A DNA stretch of 52,163 nucleotides, counting the filler, from Sphacelaria rigidula (lineage: Eukaryota): the NCBI GenBank assembly GCA_964200075.2. It is 2 parts of 2 records of this genome, joined end to end, with 100 filler letters (N's around TTAATTAATTAA, not from the genome) between each part and the next. Parts side by side here need not be neighbours in the genome. Positions count along the whole stretch, not along the records: positions 1 to 26,039 come from CAXNAA020000151.1; 1 more part is not named here. One strand, 5' to 3'. Below the pieces are notes generated by a model that saw only the letters and a program-made list of their open reading frames with translations, ran no database searches and was not told where the DNA came from. Below, piece after piece: positions 12,101 to 22,682 of the stretch. Both the position numbers and the translations under genes were made by a program. Each line of letters opens with the position of its first letter. The stretch's first letter is position 1.

Positions 12101-15100
12101 CAAAATGTGTTCCTGCTACTTGGTGCTGTCGCAGTAATCTCTTTGTTTCACTCGTGCATGAAACCGCTCACGCCTATACATGGGAGGCGTTTCACTCGAT
12201 GATAGGGGAGCGGTTCGCGCGTGAATACCCTCCAATGAGAAGCCCTTACTGATCCTTCTGGGCCTGTCCCTTGCCATCACCGAGTCAGACGCCTCGTCAT
12301 GTATGCCAAGAGAAAAAACAAGGCTGAGGAGAAGTAAAAGGCTCCAGCAAAATGGTGGTAGTAGAGTAGACACCAAGATGCGCATACAATGAGGCTTGCC
12401 GAAAAGATGATTCGAATAGCCAATGGTAACGCTACAGCAAACCTCGCGAGTCGTCGGCCTAGAATGCCTATTGAAAAAATCGTCAGTTTTCAAGGTCTCC
12501 AGTTCCCTTGTGAAGGACGCCACATCCATGTAAGAGCCTCAGTACGGCGAGGTCCTATACCGTAGGGCGCACAAAGTCACATCGTAGCTGCTGCTGCGCA
12601 AGATAGACGGTATAATGGCAATGAAGCACCAGGCGCTCTGTTATGCTCCCCGCGGTCTTTAGGCAACATGTATTTGAACAGCCAGAGCGTATGTTGTGCT
12701 TCTACGTTGGCTTACCAGTCAGGAACTCACCATTCAGCCAATCTTCGGTTTTTATGCTGCAGAGGTACTGCTCGCCAAATGGTGCTGTGAATCATATGGT
12801 TGTCTGAACACTTATCCTCACTAGCTGAAGGTGATATTGGGTCTACGCGGTGATCACTAGGCCGCATTCGTCTCTCCCATAATGCGCGGATATGTTATTG
12901 CCTACGTAGTCTGTTGTGTCCTGCACGAAGAGAAGAAGGAGTCGCCGATGGCACACTGAAAAGGAATATCGAGATGTTGGAGGCAAATATCGACAAGGCC
13001 ACGTTTACCCAAGTGGCGTTTTATTTGATCCATCTCATGGCAACATATAGGTACACAACACGACGCGCCAAATATGGTCACTGTTAACTGTAACGCGAAC
13101 TTGTGGACGCTGTTCACCGTTCACTGCACAAGCTATGTCCAGTTACTGCTGGACGTGGTGTGCACTTGAAGGAAACTCCCGTACAGCCTGCACTCGTTTG
13201 TACCTCGTCTGTACTTACGCACGGATGTGCGTGTACGAAAAACTTCAATACATCACCCGCGAGTGCCTTCGTCGCTTTTTCCATGCGTGCGTGGGTCTGA
13301 TGCCCCCCCCATCGGGGCGAACGCATTTGCAAAGAATAGTATGATGTTAATCATGCCCATATCCCAAAATCGCCATGTGTAATTCGCCGATGTAGAGGTA
13401 TCACGTACGAAATCTCCGAAGAAGTCAGCATTCCTGTCAGAGATCCATGACCCTCTGTGGGGATGGAAAAATGGGTGTTTACGCGAACAGAAATTAGGGT
13501 GCACATCTTGGTCCCCACCCACCTTCCCATCCCCTCCACGGGCGAATACGGTGTCCCTAAAACAATGAATAAGCTGTGCTAGATCATGCAACACCTTTGC
13601 ATGTCACCCGTCCTTGGACCTCCGAGCATGGAAAAGAGCGTGGGCCATCCCACCCATGCAAGGCGGAAAAAGCCTTACCCTCGTTTGTTCCAGAAGTACC
13701 AAGGTGTACCCTTTTTTGTATATTGCCCCCCCCCAAACGGAAAATTGCCTTTTTGGAGCTTCCACGTCGTTTTACACAAAGAGAGCTAGGCGGAGTTGGC
13801 TCCTTGGAATGACTTGCTCTACTGGTCGAGGCGGTTCCAGGACATCTTCCCGTTTTCCGGTGGCCGCAGTTCTCGGTTTGGCCAAACAAGCATTTGAGAC
13901 GTCGGACGAGCACGAGTGTGACTCGTGGCCCTCGCACTCGTTGCACACGCGGCCATTCGGCTACCGCCGTAAAAATCCTCTATCGCGACTTTCATCCTCT
14001 CGAGGGCCTAAGCATTTACCGTGATGACACTAATCATGTAGGCGTTACAAGAAATGTTTCAGTCGTTGCACCGAACGTTCACGTCAACGCTTGTAGGGCA
14101 TTTCCCCGTGCGCGCCTTTGTTGGGAATAATTGCTTTTTCTTATGCAGGGATGCTTGGATGATATGCGCATATCCGTGCCTAGAGGAGGAAGAGAGTGTT
14201 CGCCGCATCTCCTGCTAGACAATCAAGACCTAGTGCGAGCGTTCGCCGCGGTAAAAGTTTGTTCCGCAATCATGAGCCGTTCACTTAGTGGTGTTGACGA
14301 TTAGCATTTGCGTCACCACACTCACAAACCTGATCTGGCAAATGCTGTGCTGTGTGTCTAAAGGCGTACCGATGTGTTACCTTCCTCGTAAGAACGATCG
14401 AGTGCTGAACATGATGATGAGGAACTTTTTGTCAAAGCGACAACGTAGTACGTCATCACGAATGCCTTCGAGGACTCGGCGCGGGGTGTCCGTGTTATCA
14501 AGCATTTTTTTTTTGCGTGTTGATGATTGCGGTGCCGCTGCTCACGACGAATTATGACTTATTTGAAAGGTCTTACGGGTGTATTTCGATTGACACACTG
14601 CCCGTTATTTGTCTTACGGTACCGTGGCTGCCTAGGTAGTCGCGTTTGGAACCGTGCACACCCCCATGCGTTATTGAAGGATTATACTCTTTTGTCTCGA
14701 TTTTTCCGTTAAAACGCTTGAACGCTATCCGAACAGAACGATGGCATGTGCTCCTTTCCCCTTGCCTGTCGTCTCGCGTAACGATGGGGGGCGGGGGTAA
14801 TTATACGGCCTCACTGGCTTCAGCCCTAAAAGCTGATCCGCACTGGCAAAGTGACGTTACAGGGAAATGCGACGAAAATGGGTCGAAAGTGTGACCGCCT
14901 GAAACTTTCTTGGCGGGGGACACGGCATTATTGTTACGTTGACCACACGCTCACCACATTTTCCCGTTCAATTGTTGGATAAATCCGTTTCAGGGTATGA
15001 AATCCATGGCTGAAGCCCACAAAAGCACCGCCACCACTCTTGGAAACGATCTCGAGGGGACAAATGGTTGCAACATGCAGGGCGATAGCCAGTACTCGCT

Positions 15101-18100
15101 ATCCCACAGCACTCAAGATGGCGAACGTGGGTTCAGGTCTCAGCCCAGCCAAGGCGGCCCTTGCCAAAGAGAGACACGACCAGAGCGGAAGACAATCCAT
15201 GAAGAAGACGTGGCTGTGTTTGAGTGCGAGGCGAGTAGTCTGACACGGTACAGTGGTTGGTTGCGCACTCGAGCGTGCTGCTTGGCTCGGAGGGGGAAAA
15301 TGCTTTGATCGTGTTCCGGATGATCTAGATGTCAGGATTAGTGACAGCGCGTCCTCGAGAGGACGCCGATCGTGTGTGTATTGCTTGGGGAGCGTATCCG
15401 TACCTTGAATGCGCTCCCTGTTAGACCTCTAGGCATGTGTTTTCGAGTGGACGGAAAAATTTGCATTGGTACGGGTCGTTCTTCGTGGTTGATCGGTTGA
15501 CGTTTATCATGATGGAATAACCCCTTCCCCCCCTCCCCCCCCTCCCCCGGTTGGCGTCGGTTGACAACGACGCTGTAAAACACGCCACTCACCGCGTAAG
15601 CTAGGCAACCAGGTTACCGGCTGTTTCTGCACGCTTGCGTTTTTTTTGCGATAACCATGATGGTAGTCGAGCTAGACCATCTTGTGCGGCGCGGGAGGAC
15701 GTCAACTCCGCACAAAGGGAATTATCGTACTACGGGGTGTTTAAATGGGGAGACACCCATGAGGCAGTGTTGAACCTGTGGCTGTCTCTGGAAGTGGCGA
15801 TACCAAAAAATGAAGCAACTCATGGTAGACTGTCATCCAAATGCACGATAATGAGTACGCTTCGGGCCGAACGATCTTGGCAGGATGCAGCTCACCCATC
15901 ATGCGACTCGCCGAACACATCACGGCGCTTCACGCTTGGTGATTGGTTGCGAACCTGGTCCGGCGAAGACCTGGCGTGCTCCGTCCCGGCTTTGTAGGGA
16001 TGCGAGGTCAATGGTCATATGACTACGGCATGCAAAATCATGAGTACACTTCCTTCCTCGAGGACAGATGGAGCATTGACTCTGAGGTGCCATACCCCTT
16101 CTCCGGAACTTGGCTACTTGGGGAATGTGTTCCCTTAAGCTTCCGGAAATGTGGAGGGGAAGGTTGACCTGCTTGTATAGTTATTGCGAGTGACGGAGAC
16201 CAAAAATATGCTTCCTTTGGTCGTACTGTGTGGAGGGATGCGTGTCCCTCCGTTTCGACGAACGTAGACCTCAAGATATCCACAGGCCCAAACGGGAAAG
16301 TCGTCGAGCACACGCACAGAAGTTACCCCAGATACCGAAATGTTGTGTATTTTAGGTAAAGATGATGACAAGCTTTCGAAATAAATCAGTTTGTAGCTGG
16401 ACAACATGACGACCTAACCGTGGTACGGGTCTGAATAGTCGAGTTCAGAGTAGACGGGTAAACTACACAGAAGTGGCGAAAGCACTCCAAGCCCCTTCAA
16501 CGGGAAGATATCACGCTCTATCTCAGAGCACTGAATGCCAATTTCTTGCGTTATTGTTGCCCAGCGCTAACAGCTTGACTCTGACGTGGTTCCCCGAAAC
16601 GTTTAGTCATACCCCAAAGAAGGGGCGGGGGGGGGAAGAGAGGGGTAGGATACATATGTCCAGAGCTGAGAGATGGACATCCGCGTGGATCGTGTGCTTC
16701 TTGCAGGGAAGGAACGACACGAGGGTGTCCGCGTCAATCGCCTTGGAGCGTGCACCAGCGTCAGAGGCACTGGATGCTTCCTACTACGGGGTATGTACTA
16801 CGGGGTATGTAACGGAACGGAATGAAAGATTGACAAGAATTACAGGATTCCCAGCTGTTGACCAGAGTCGTGGTTCTGCTGTGTGTATACTGCTTCATCC
16901 ACGATGGTTGTCGTGATATCTCTACTGCAAAATTATACCACTGGTTCCTCACGGAGGGAGCCTCATCTATCACCACCTGAAGGAATTTAGCATATAATCA
17001 GATGCATTTCCTGGGCTGCTTGCACCCCTGTCCGTACCATGCAGATGCTCGACTGTATAGTGACGGCTGTCCGATGATTCCCTTCCCACCACCCGAAGAA
17101 AGATGTTTGACGCTCACTCCCTCCTGACGTTGGCCGTATGCTTCACGAAATCTTTTCATCAACCTGTTAGGTTTGGTTTTGGTCGTACTCCTCCCTCGCT
17201 CCACCCCCCCCCCCCTCCACGGTGCTCCGTCTCGAAAGGGATGCGTGGTCAATGGTCAAATGACTAAGGCAAGCAATCAAATGAGTACGCCCCCCCCCCC
17301 CACCCTCCTCTTCGGGACGGGCCCGTGGTCTCAAGTCCAGCCAATCTTCCCCGGTACCTGACTTGCACTTTAGTATGGAGCATCGGAGCATTGGGTGGTG
17401 ACTATCAGCACTCCCGCCGCCCATCGCCTTTCATGCGATTGTTTTGCCAACTCTAGTCTACTTCTCACGTTTTGAAACGACGGAAACCAAAACCACTAAA
17501 GCATAACTGTCAGGATTCGAACCGCCAAACCCAATCCAAACTACAGTGGCCTTGATGCCTTGATGCACCACTTTGACCACCACATGGGCGCCGCGGTTCA
17601 AGCCTTGCTTAGAGAAAAGTTGACCACGCCTCAAATTTAATGCCTATCATCACCCCCCGTGCACCCTCTTCTTGTAAACACGTAGGCCCCACTCTACCTA
17701 CCATGCGAATCTTGCCCTTCCAACCCAGCGGCCCCCGCTACCCGACCTATGCCCCGCCCCCCTCACGTCTACCGCGCGTCCTACCCTCTAGATATCGACG
17801 GGGGAAACTACTGTTCCTCTCCAGGTTCACCGATTTGTCAACGGGATGCCCATGTTGGACACAAATACGTCGTCCGCGTGTGCTCTCGTGGCGGGGATAT
17901 CCAAGGCCGGGTGGAGATCGCTAGGGCTCAAGATTTCTAATTCCAGAGTGAATCAGAGGGAGGGAAAAGTTCGGTTTGTTCTGTCCGAGGCGCCTACTCC
18001 TCTCAAGGTTCGACGGACTGACAGACACGGTTAATTCCCCCCTCGCAGAGCTACAGCAGCAAAAAAATGTACCGTCAGCGTCCATCTAATGCCGTGCATC

Positions 18101-21100
18101 AGAGCCCGAATACGCCAGGTCACTGTACAGCAGCAACATGATGTTCTATTCAAAGGCAACACGTAATACCAGTGCTCTTTTTGTCACACGAACCGAGCTT
18201 TACGAAAAATATCACTCTTGAATTCTCACACCACATGAGAAACGAGAGTGGCTTAGCGTCGTCTGTCGCTAATCAGTTATGCTCTACTTATGGTTGGAAT
18301 CAGAACATAGCCGGCGCAAAGTACTAGTACCAGTCTGCACAAACAGAACGTTAGGCAAATGCCATCCTATGCTGTGCATGACACACGTACATGCGGGACA
18401 AAAACAACATCTGAGCCCACTGCATTTTTTCTCCTCTTCAGGTGAAGGGGGGTGCGACATGGTCAGCACTGGCATCCATCGCCGCGGTACACGTGTCGCT
18501 CTCGGCGCAATCGGATAAGGTTCCGTACACCAGCCTCCGAAAAGATGCCATCGCTCACAGAGAGGTACAGTACTGCTGTGGCCCGATCGATCCCTACGGT
18601 AGGGAGGAAGCACATTTATTTGATTGAGCGTCACATGGGTGTGGTTTCACAATTTCACGCACTCATCATGGGGCTATTTTGTTGGCGAAACGTTGCCAAG
18701 CGGTATGAATGCGTGCGTTACTTGTCTTGTTCCAAGCGTGCTCAAATGGAAGTTGGTGCTTGAAGTGGCGCTTGCTTCACCGTGGCTCCTTCATGCAAGG
18801 ATTGACTCGGACAACCCCCGCTCCTGTCTTGGGATGGACCGCCCGTATCATGACTACGAGAGTCTATATTTCAACATCCCAGGGAAACCATGCAGGGTTT
18901 CTCACCGATTGAAATAAAATGGTTCATGTCACACAGGGGCGAACAGAAAACTCACACAGAAGAACACGTGTATGTGTTGATATTTCTCGTCACTCGGACA
19001 ATGAAAAGTCACGTCATCTGCCTACGGCGCAGCCCGCCTCAGCCGTGTCCCAAAGGTGCGCACGGGTGGATTTTGCTCGAGTGCATGGTGAATGCCCCAG
19101 ATGAAAGCACTCAACTACAACGGGTCGTGCCAAAGGGTTATTAAAGTGTTAGAATTCAAGCGTGCGGCCAACAGTCGGTGTGCTATGGTGTGCGATGCCC
19201 CAAATCGCCCTCAATCAGGTTGTTGCCCTCAGTTTTTCCAGGGTGGCTCTCAAACCGGGCCACCCATTCGACGTACGAGTACTGGTACTGTATGGTTGAG
19301 GCGAACGTGGCGAGTTGAAGCTTCAGTCCGCGAGGTGGTTCAGTTGTGATCGTTCGATAAATATGCATGAGCGCATTTTTTGCTCGTTACCTAATCATGC
19401 ATGAGCCATAATAGAAAGGTGGCACCCCAAAAGCGGACGCCGACTGAGCCCGCATGTGATCGACTGAAATTCGGTTCAGCGCAATAAATAAGTAACATAT
19501 GATATATGTGTACTTTTGCTTCGCTTGTAGACGCGTATTTCAAGCTCAGTAAAACTTCCCCCTTCCTTTTCTAGTTGCCTGTCATATTTGTTAGCGCACG
19601 GTGCTCCCCTCAACATATTCATATAGATGTACAGCACAGTCGCACAGCATTATCGCGATCACATTGAGCACCACGCCACCTGACTGTGGTATTCAGCGTC
19701 CGCCAGGCAGTGGGAGTAGTATTTATTTTAATCAATTTTACGCTTGCTACCACCATGTTATGTCCTTCCACTCACAGGGCCGAAATACGGAAATACTGAT
19801 GAACGTAGTCAGCAGCAGCGTTGCGTGAGCAACGCAACTATGTTGAGGCAGAAGGACACCCTGTATTCTTCTCATGAGTCAAGTGCAGTCTTGGTTGTAT
19901 CATACATCAAGTGAATGATAAATCTTGCCACTCCTGGTGCACCGCCTTGAGTTGCGCTAAATCAGGATTACGTGTCTGCAACGGCTAGCGCGGTAGGAGA
20001 GGGTCTGGCGTCACTCGCTAACCGCAAGCGAGGAGGGTTCCGGTCAGCGGGTGAAGCCGCCAGAGAAATGATGCAAGAGGTGATACAAAAATGTTACATC
20101 ACGTAAAACGCAAAGCATGAAAACCTTGGGGAAGTCGCCGGCTTGCTTGCTTTCATCATGAGCCATCCGTTCGGCCACGCCGTGACAATTAGGATTCGGC
20201 GCTATACCCCAGGAAAAGGGTGGAATGACAGTGGCACCGCTGCTGTTTATACGATAGGACGACATATTCCTTTTTTTTCGGCCAATCGCCACTGCAGTCC
20301 TCTCTCACGGGTCGGTCCTTCACGACGAGAACCGTTCCGTCGGAGCTGTCATACCATTCCAGGGATCGCGTCGGTGAGGCGGTAGATGATTGGTATATAG
20401 ATGCTTTCAGGTTGACTTTTGAGGAAGAGCGGATCTGACTTTCGCAGACAATATCTGACACGCCCAGTTCTGTTGCTATTGGAGCAGAAATCTTTCCCAA
20501 AACACAAGTTGATATGTCCTCTGAGTTCCGGTATCAACTGAGTATTTTTTGTGTCTCCCTATCGATGACGTCTTCCGGACGCCATGGGGCATATTAAACT
20601 TCGTCTCTTTGAGAGGAAACGAATACAGTATATCCTTGCTCCCACCGTGCCCGCGCTGTGCGTATTCGCATTTTTCTATAGGACCTGATCCCGCTTATGG
20701 CCTCGAGCATAGCAGTAATGATAGGGGTCAGCGGAGATGTTGAATTTCGGAAGAAGTGCTTACAAGTGAGTTACAAAAATAACACGTCGGGCGAAGTAGT
20801 TGACATATAGGTCAGGTGAGAGCATGAACTTCAGCCGCCCAGTGAAGTATGACCAGATCAATGTATTGGAGTGGACGGACGGATGGGTATTCATGGAGTA
20901 ATATCGCAACGGGTGAATCTTGACCGTCAGCCACGCCTTATAGATCTCATCAGATACCAAGGCTGGGCACTCTGATGATGTCTGGTGTTGGGTCGCCTGC
21001 TTCATCATCAACGTGAACATCCAAAATCGTCTTCAGCATCTTTCCTTCTTCATTCGGTAGCCTGCCGTGCAGCGCTTACACTCACATGTTATGATAGATA

Positions 21101-22682
21101 TCCGCCAAGCCTCCCAGCCCACCCCCCCCCACCGCTACCACCACCCCACGGCCACCCGCCACCCTAACCACCGCCNNNNNNNNNNAATCGTCTTCCCCAT
21201 TTTTCCTTCTTCATTCGGTGGCCTGCCGTGCGGCCCTCCCCCCCCCCTTTTTTTATAAATTTCCCCCCCCCCCCCCCCCCCCTCCCTCCATGGTGAAACA
21301 CCCAAGAGGCAGTGTTGAACCTGTGGCTGTCTCTGGAAGTGGTGATACCAAAAAATGAAGCAACGCATGGTAGGCTGTCATCCATATGCAAAATAATCAC
21401 GACGCTTCGGGCCGAACAATCTTGGCAGGATGCAGCTCACCCTCCATGCGACTCGCCGAACACATCACGGCGCTTGGCGCTTCGTGATTGGTTGCGAAAC
21501 TGGTCCGGCGAAGACCCGGCGTGCTTCGTCCCGGCTTTGTAGAGATGCGAGGCCAATGGTCATATGACTATGACATGCATGATCATGAGTACTCTTCCCC
21601 CCTATCCACCACTATTTTGCACATTTGGAGTCTCGGCGGATGAACGAGTATTAATTTTCCCCCGTGACGGGTCGAAGTCGCAAACATTGGTGTACCTTGG
21701 GTGAAATTTTAGCTCTCAGTACAAGTTGTTTCTCATGGTTACTTTCCCATTACGAATAGCAATCATTCTACGTAGCAAGTCCTCTGCCTCTGGGACGAAA
21801 CACTATCTCACGGGCGGGAGGGGGTGCGGTCGGTAAAGTATCAGCGACATAATTTTCTCATATCACTGAAAGCTCAAGGAGCAGCGGAAAGTAAAGTACA
21901 CAAGCACTGCATGTAGATGCCTGTCGGTATCTCTCCCCAACAGCAACCCCGCCACCCACAACGCCACCCCCATCTCCTGACCGTGCGGTGATAAAGAGCA
22001 AGCAAAAAGCTTGTCACCTCCCTTGAATAACCACAGTGCCGGAACCAAAGTTCGTATATGTTGTTTCACCCAATAAATTTTGCATGACATTTTTTGGGAT
22101 TTTTTGTCCTAACTGCAACTGCTACATCTATCGAGCCCTTACGTGTCAAATCGACTTTCCTCTGTAACTAAAATTCGAAGTGTGCAATGATGGCGTATGA
22201 CGGGGGATAGACCGGTACGAGGACTTTCACTAATATTTCTGTAGATCCATCACACCGACAGCAAATTGCTCTCTCTGTGCCCCCATCCCAGACAGGCGAT
22301 ACTTTGCTGATTACCTGACGCTTGTAAATTTTCAGCCGTTACTGCGTGGACTGGTCAAATTCGTGCAATGCTTGAGGACGGTTCCTCTGTTCCGCAATTC
22401 AGAGAAACGCTGAAGGTGTCGCACGTCGTCGATCGCTACTATTCCCCAAGAAAGATATTTTTGAAAATCAACGTTCAGGTTCTGGGTGTCGGGAGCGAGT
22501 ACGCTCAGCAAGAGCGCCTTGAGAACAAAATCCAGCACGACTTACGCCTTAACGTACGAGAGAAGGAGGAGAGTCGTGCTAAGGTAATCGAAAGAGATGC
22601 TGAAGGCAGGGCGACGGAAATGAGAGGGAAAAGGCGGGAAATAGAAGAGAAAAACCTCAAACGTAGAGCAACACATACATAA
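7300..22682 (+). CDS. TOP6BL: Topoisomerase VI subunit B-like protein (TOPOVIBL/MTOPVIB type), spliced gene of about 14 exons
   Basis: Hand-spliced exons 7300-7362, 7617-7803, 8571-8687, 10768-10859, 11204-11328, 11837-11972, 14149-14250, 14994-15230, 16707-16790, 17792-18007, 18442-18564, 19966-20079, 20682-20765 and 22479-22682 join in frame (all GT-AG except one GC-AG). GHKL motifs appear in order: QTVKELVDNAVDAC, VVDNGAG, AGKYGLGMT, GCGTDIRL. Transducer motifs follow: VHRFVNGMP..SACAL..WRSLGL, KVPYTSLRKDAIA, DLIPLMASSIA..SGDVEFRKKCLQVLG. The start codon and last exon boundary are uncertain. Confidence 0.88.
7617..7803 (+). CDS. TOP6BL: TOPOVIBL exon 2, GHKL N-box
   Basis: atgcag|CAA acceptor; QTVKELVDNAVDAC; donor CCG|gtgaga, phase 1. 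Confidence 0.9.
8571..8687 (+). CDS. TOP6BL: TOPOVIBL exon 3, GHKL G1 box
   Basis: gcacag|AA acceptor; LELQVVDNGAGL..LLFSSTKSG; donor AAG|gtcagc, phase 1. Confidence 0.9.
9110..9345 (-). mobile_element. Retroelement 3' end with long (CAA)n tail; (GTT)n at 9110-9197
   Basis: About 29 GTT units followed by GTCTTCACATTAAAAAC..GACGCCTTCCGTGGTCA, shared with 28434-28598. Probably extends further right. Confidence 0.8.
10037..10508. repeat. Dispersed repeat family, copy 2 (TOPOVIBL intron 3)
   Basis: Collinear with 1016-1440. Confidence 0.7.
10768..10859 (+). CDS. TOP6BL: TOPOVIBL exon 4, GHKL G2 box
   Basis: GSSAGANAGKYGLGMTLSLLYSQATFGSCIK; donor AAG|gtgcgg, phase 0. Confidence 0.9.
11204..11328 (+). 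CDS. TOP6BL: TOPOVIBL exon 5
   Basis: VMSGTLDSSRYSFTMCRIDLETGQPVVVYSK..WAQG, resembling the Top6B IDxxxNxPxI strand region; donor GG|gtgagc, phase 2. Confidence 0.85.
11837..11972 (+). CDS. TOP6BL: TOPOVIBL exon 6, GxxGT (G3) motif
   Basis: ttgaag|G acceptor completes Gly; CGTDIRLFVPG..RLQSLFGRMHLSP..VTLECE; donor GAG|gtcagt. Confidence 0.85.
14149..14250 (+). CDS. TOP6BL: TOPOVIBL exon 7 (linker)
   Basis: Pyrimidine-rich acceptor tttttcttatgcag; 34 open codons; donor GCG|gtaaaa; phase 0-0. No diagnostic motif. Confidence 0.65.
14994..15230 (+). CDS. TOP6BL: TOPOVIBL exon 8 (low-complexity insert plus start of transducer)
   Basis: ccgtttcag| acceptor; 79 codons ending EEDVAVFECE; best in-phase donor is the non-canonical GAG|gcgagt. 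Confidence 0.65.
15549..16058 (+). mobile_element. LINE 3' fragment (family B), preceded by a C tract
   Basis: Collinear with 21290-21602. Ends GGATGCGAGGTCAATGGTCATATGACTAC..ATGAGTAC, homologous to the 3' end of the LINE at 1654-3050. Confidence 0.8.
16707..16790 (+). CDS. TOP6BL: TOPOVIBL exon 9
   Basis: tgcttcttgcag| acceptor; GRNDTRVSASIALE..YYG; donor GGG|gtatgt. Confidence 0.75.
17221..17301 (+). mobile_element. About 70-bp LINE 3'-terminal insertion between poly-C tracts
   Basis: Matches 2976-3048; poly-C on both sides. Confidence 0.85.
17324..17592 (-). mobile_element. tRNA-derived SINE, related subfamily
   Basis: Minus strand has a GGTTCGAATCC B box, the GCGGGAGTGCTGATAGTCA core and a GTACCGGGGA..TTGAGACCACGG 3' block shared with the other copies. 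Confidence 0.7.
17792..18007 (+). CDS. TOP6BL: TOPOVIBL exon 10, transducer RFxN and WxxxGL motifs (alternative in-frame acceptor at 17825)
   Basis: VPLQVHRFVNGMPMLDTNTSSACALVAGISKAGWRSLGLK matches the Top6B pattern RFANRIPLL..C.IT..I.WxxYGL. Confidence 0.88.
18442..18564 (+). CDS. TOP6BL: TOPOVIBL exon 11, switch-lysine loop
   Basis: Strong acceptor ttttttctcctcttcag; VHVSLSAQSDKVPYTSLRKDAIA resembles archaeal Top6B KIPYKSAGKESIA. Confidence 0.9.
19966..20079 (+). CDS. TOP6BL: TOPOVIBL exon 12, stalk helix
   Basis: aaatcag| acceptor; DYVSATASAVGEGLASLANRKRGGFRSAGEAAREMMQE; donor GAG|gtgata; phase 0-0. Confidence 0.75.
20682..20765 (+). CDS. TOP6BL: TOPOVIBL exon 13, MTOPVIB-like C-terminal motif
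   Basis: tttttctatag| acceptor; DLIPLMASSIAVMIGVSGDVEFRKKCLQ resembles plant MTOPVIB (Y.PDLARSIAGLI.SS.D.DFQ..C); donor CAA|gtgagt. Confidence 0.85.
21290..21602 (+). mobile_element. LINE 3' fragment (family B), between C tracts
   Basis: ORF 21312-21542 is closely similar to the corresponding part of ORF 15635-15997. Confidence 0.8.
22479..22682 (+). CDS. TOP6BL: TOPOVIBL exon 14 (to stop at 22682, or spliced earlier at AAG|gtaatc 22583)
   Basis: acgttcag| acceptor; VLGVGSEYAQQERLENKIQHDLRLN continues the ..CLQ-VLG motif in frame. Confidence 0.7.
   Translation, partial: VLGVGSEYAQQERLENKIQHDLRLNVREKEESRAKVIERDAEGRATEMRGKRREIEEKNLKRRATHT

Noticed and set aside
21025-21235. About 50-bp duplication either side of the 10-N gap at 21176-21185
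   Set aside because: Cannot be separated from an assembly overlap artefact without reads.
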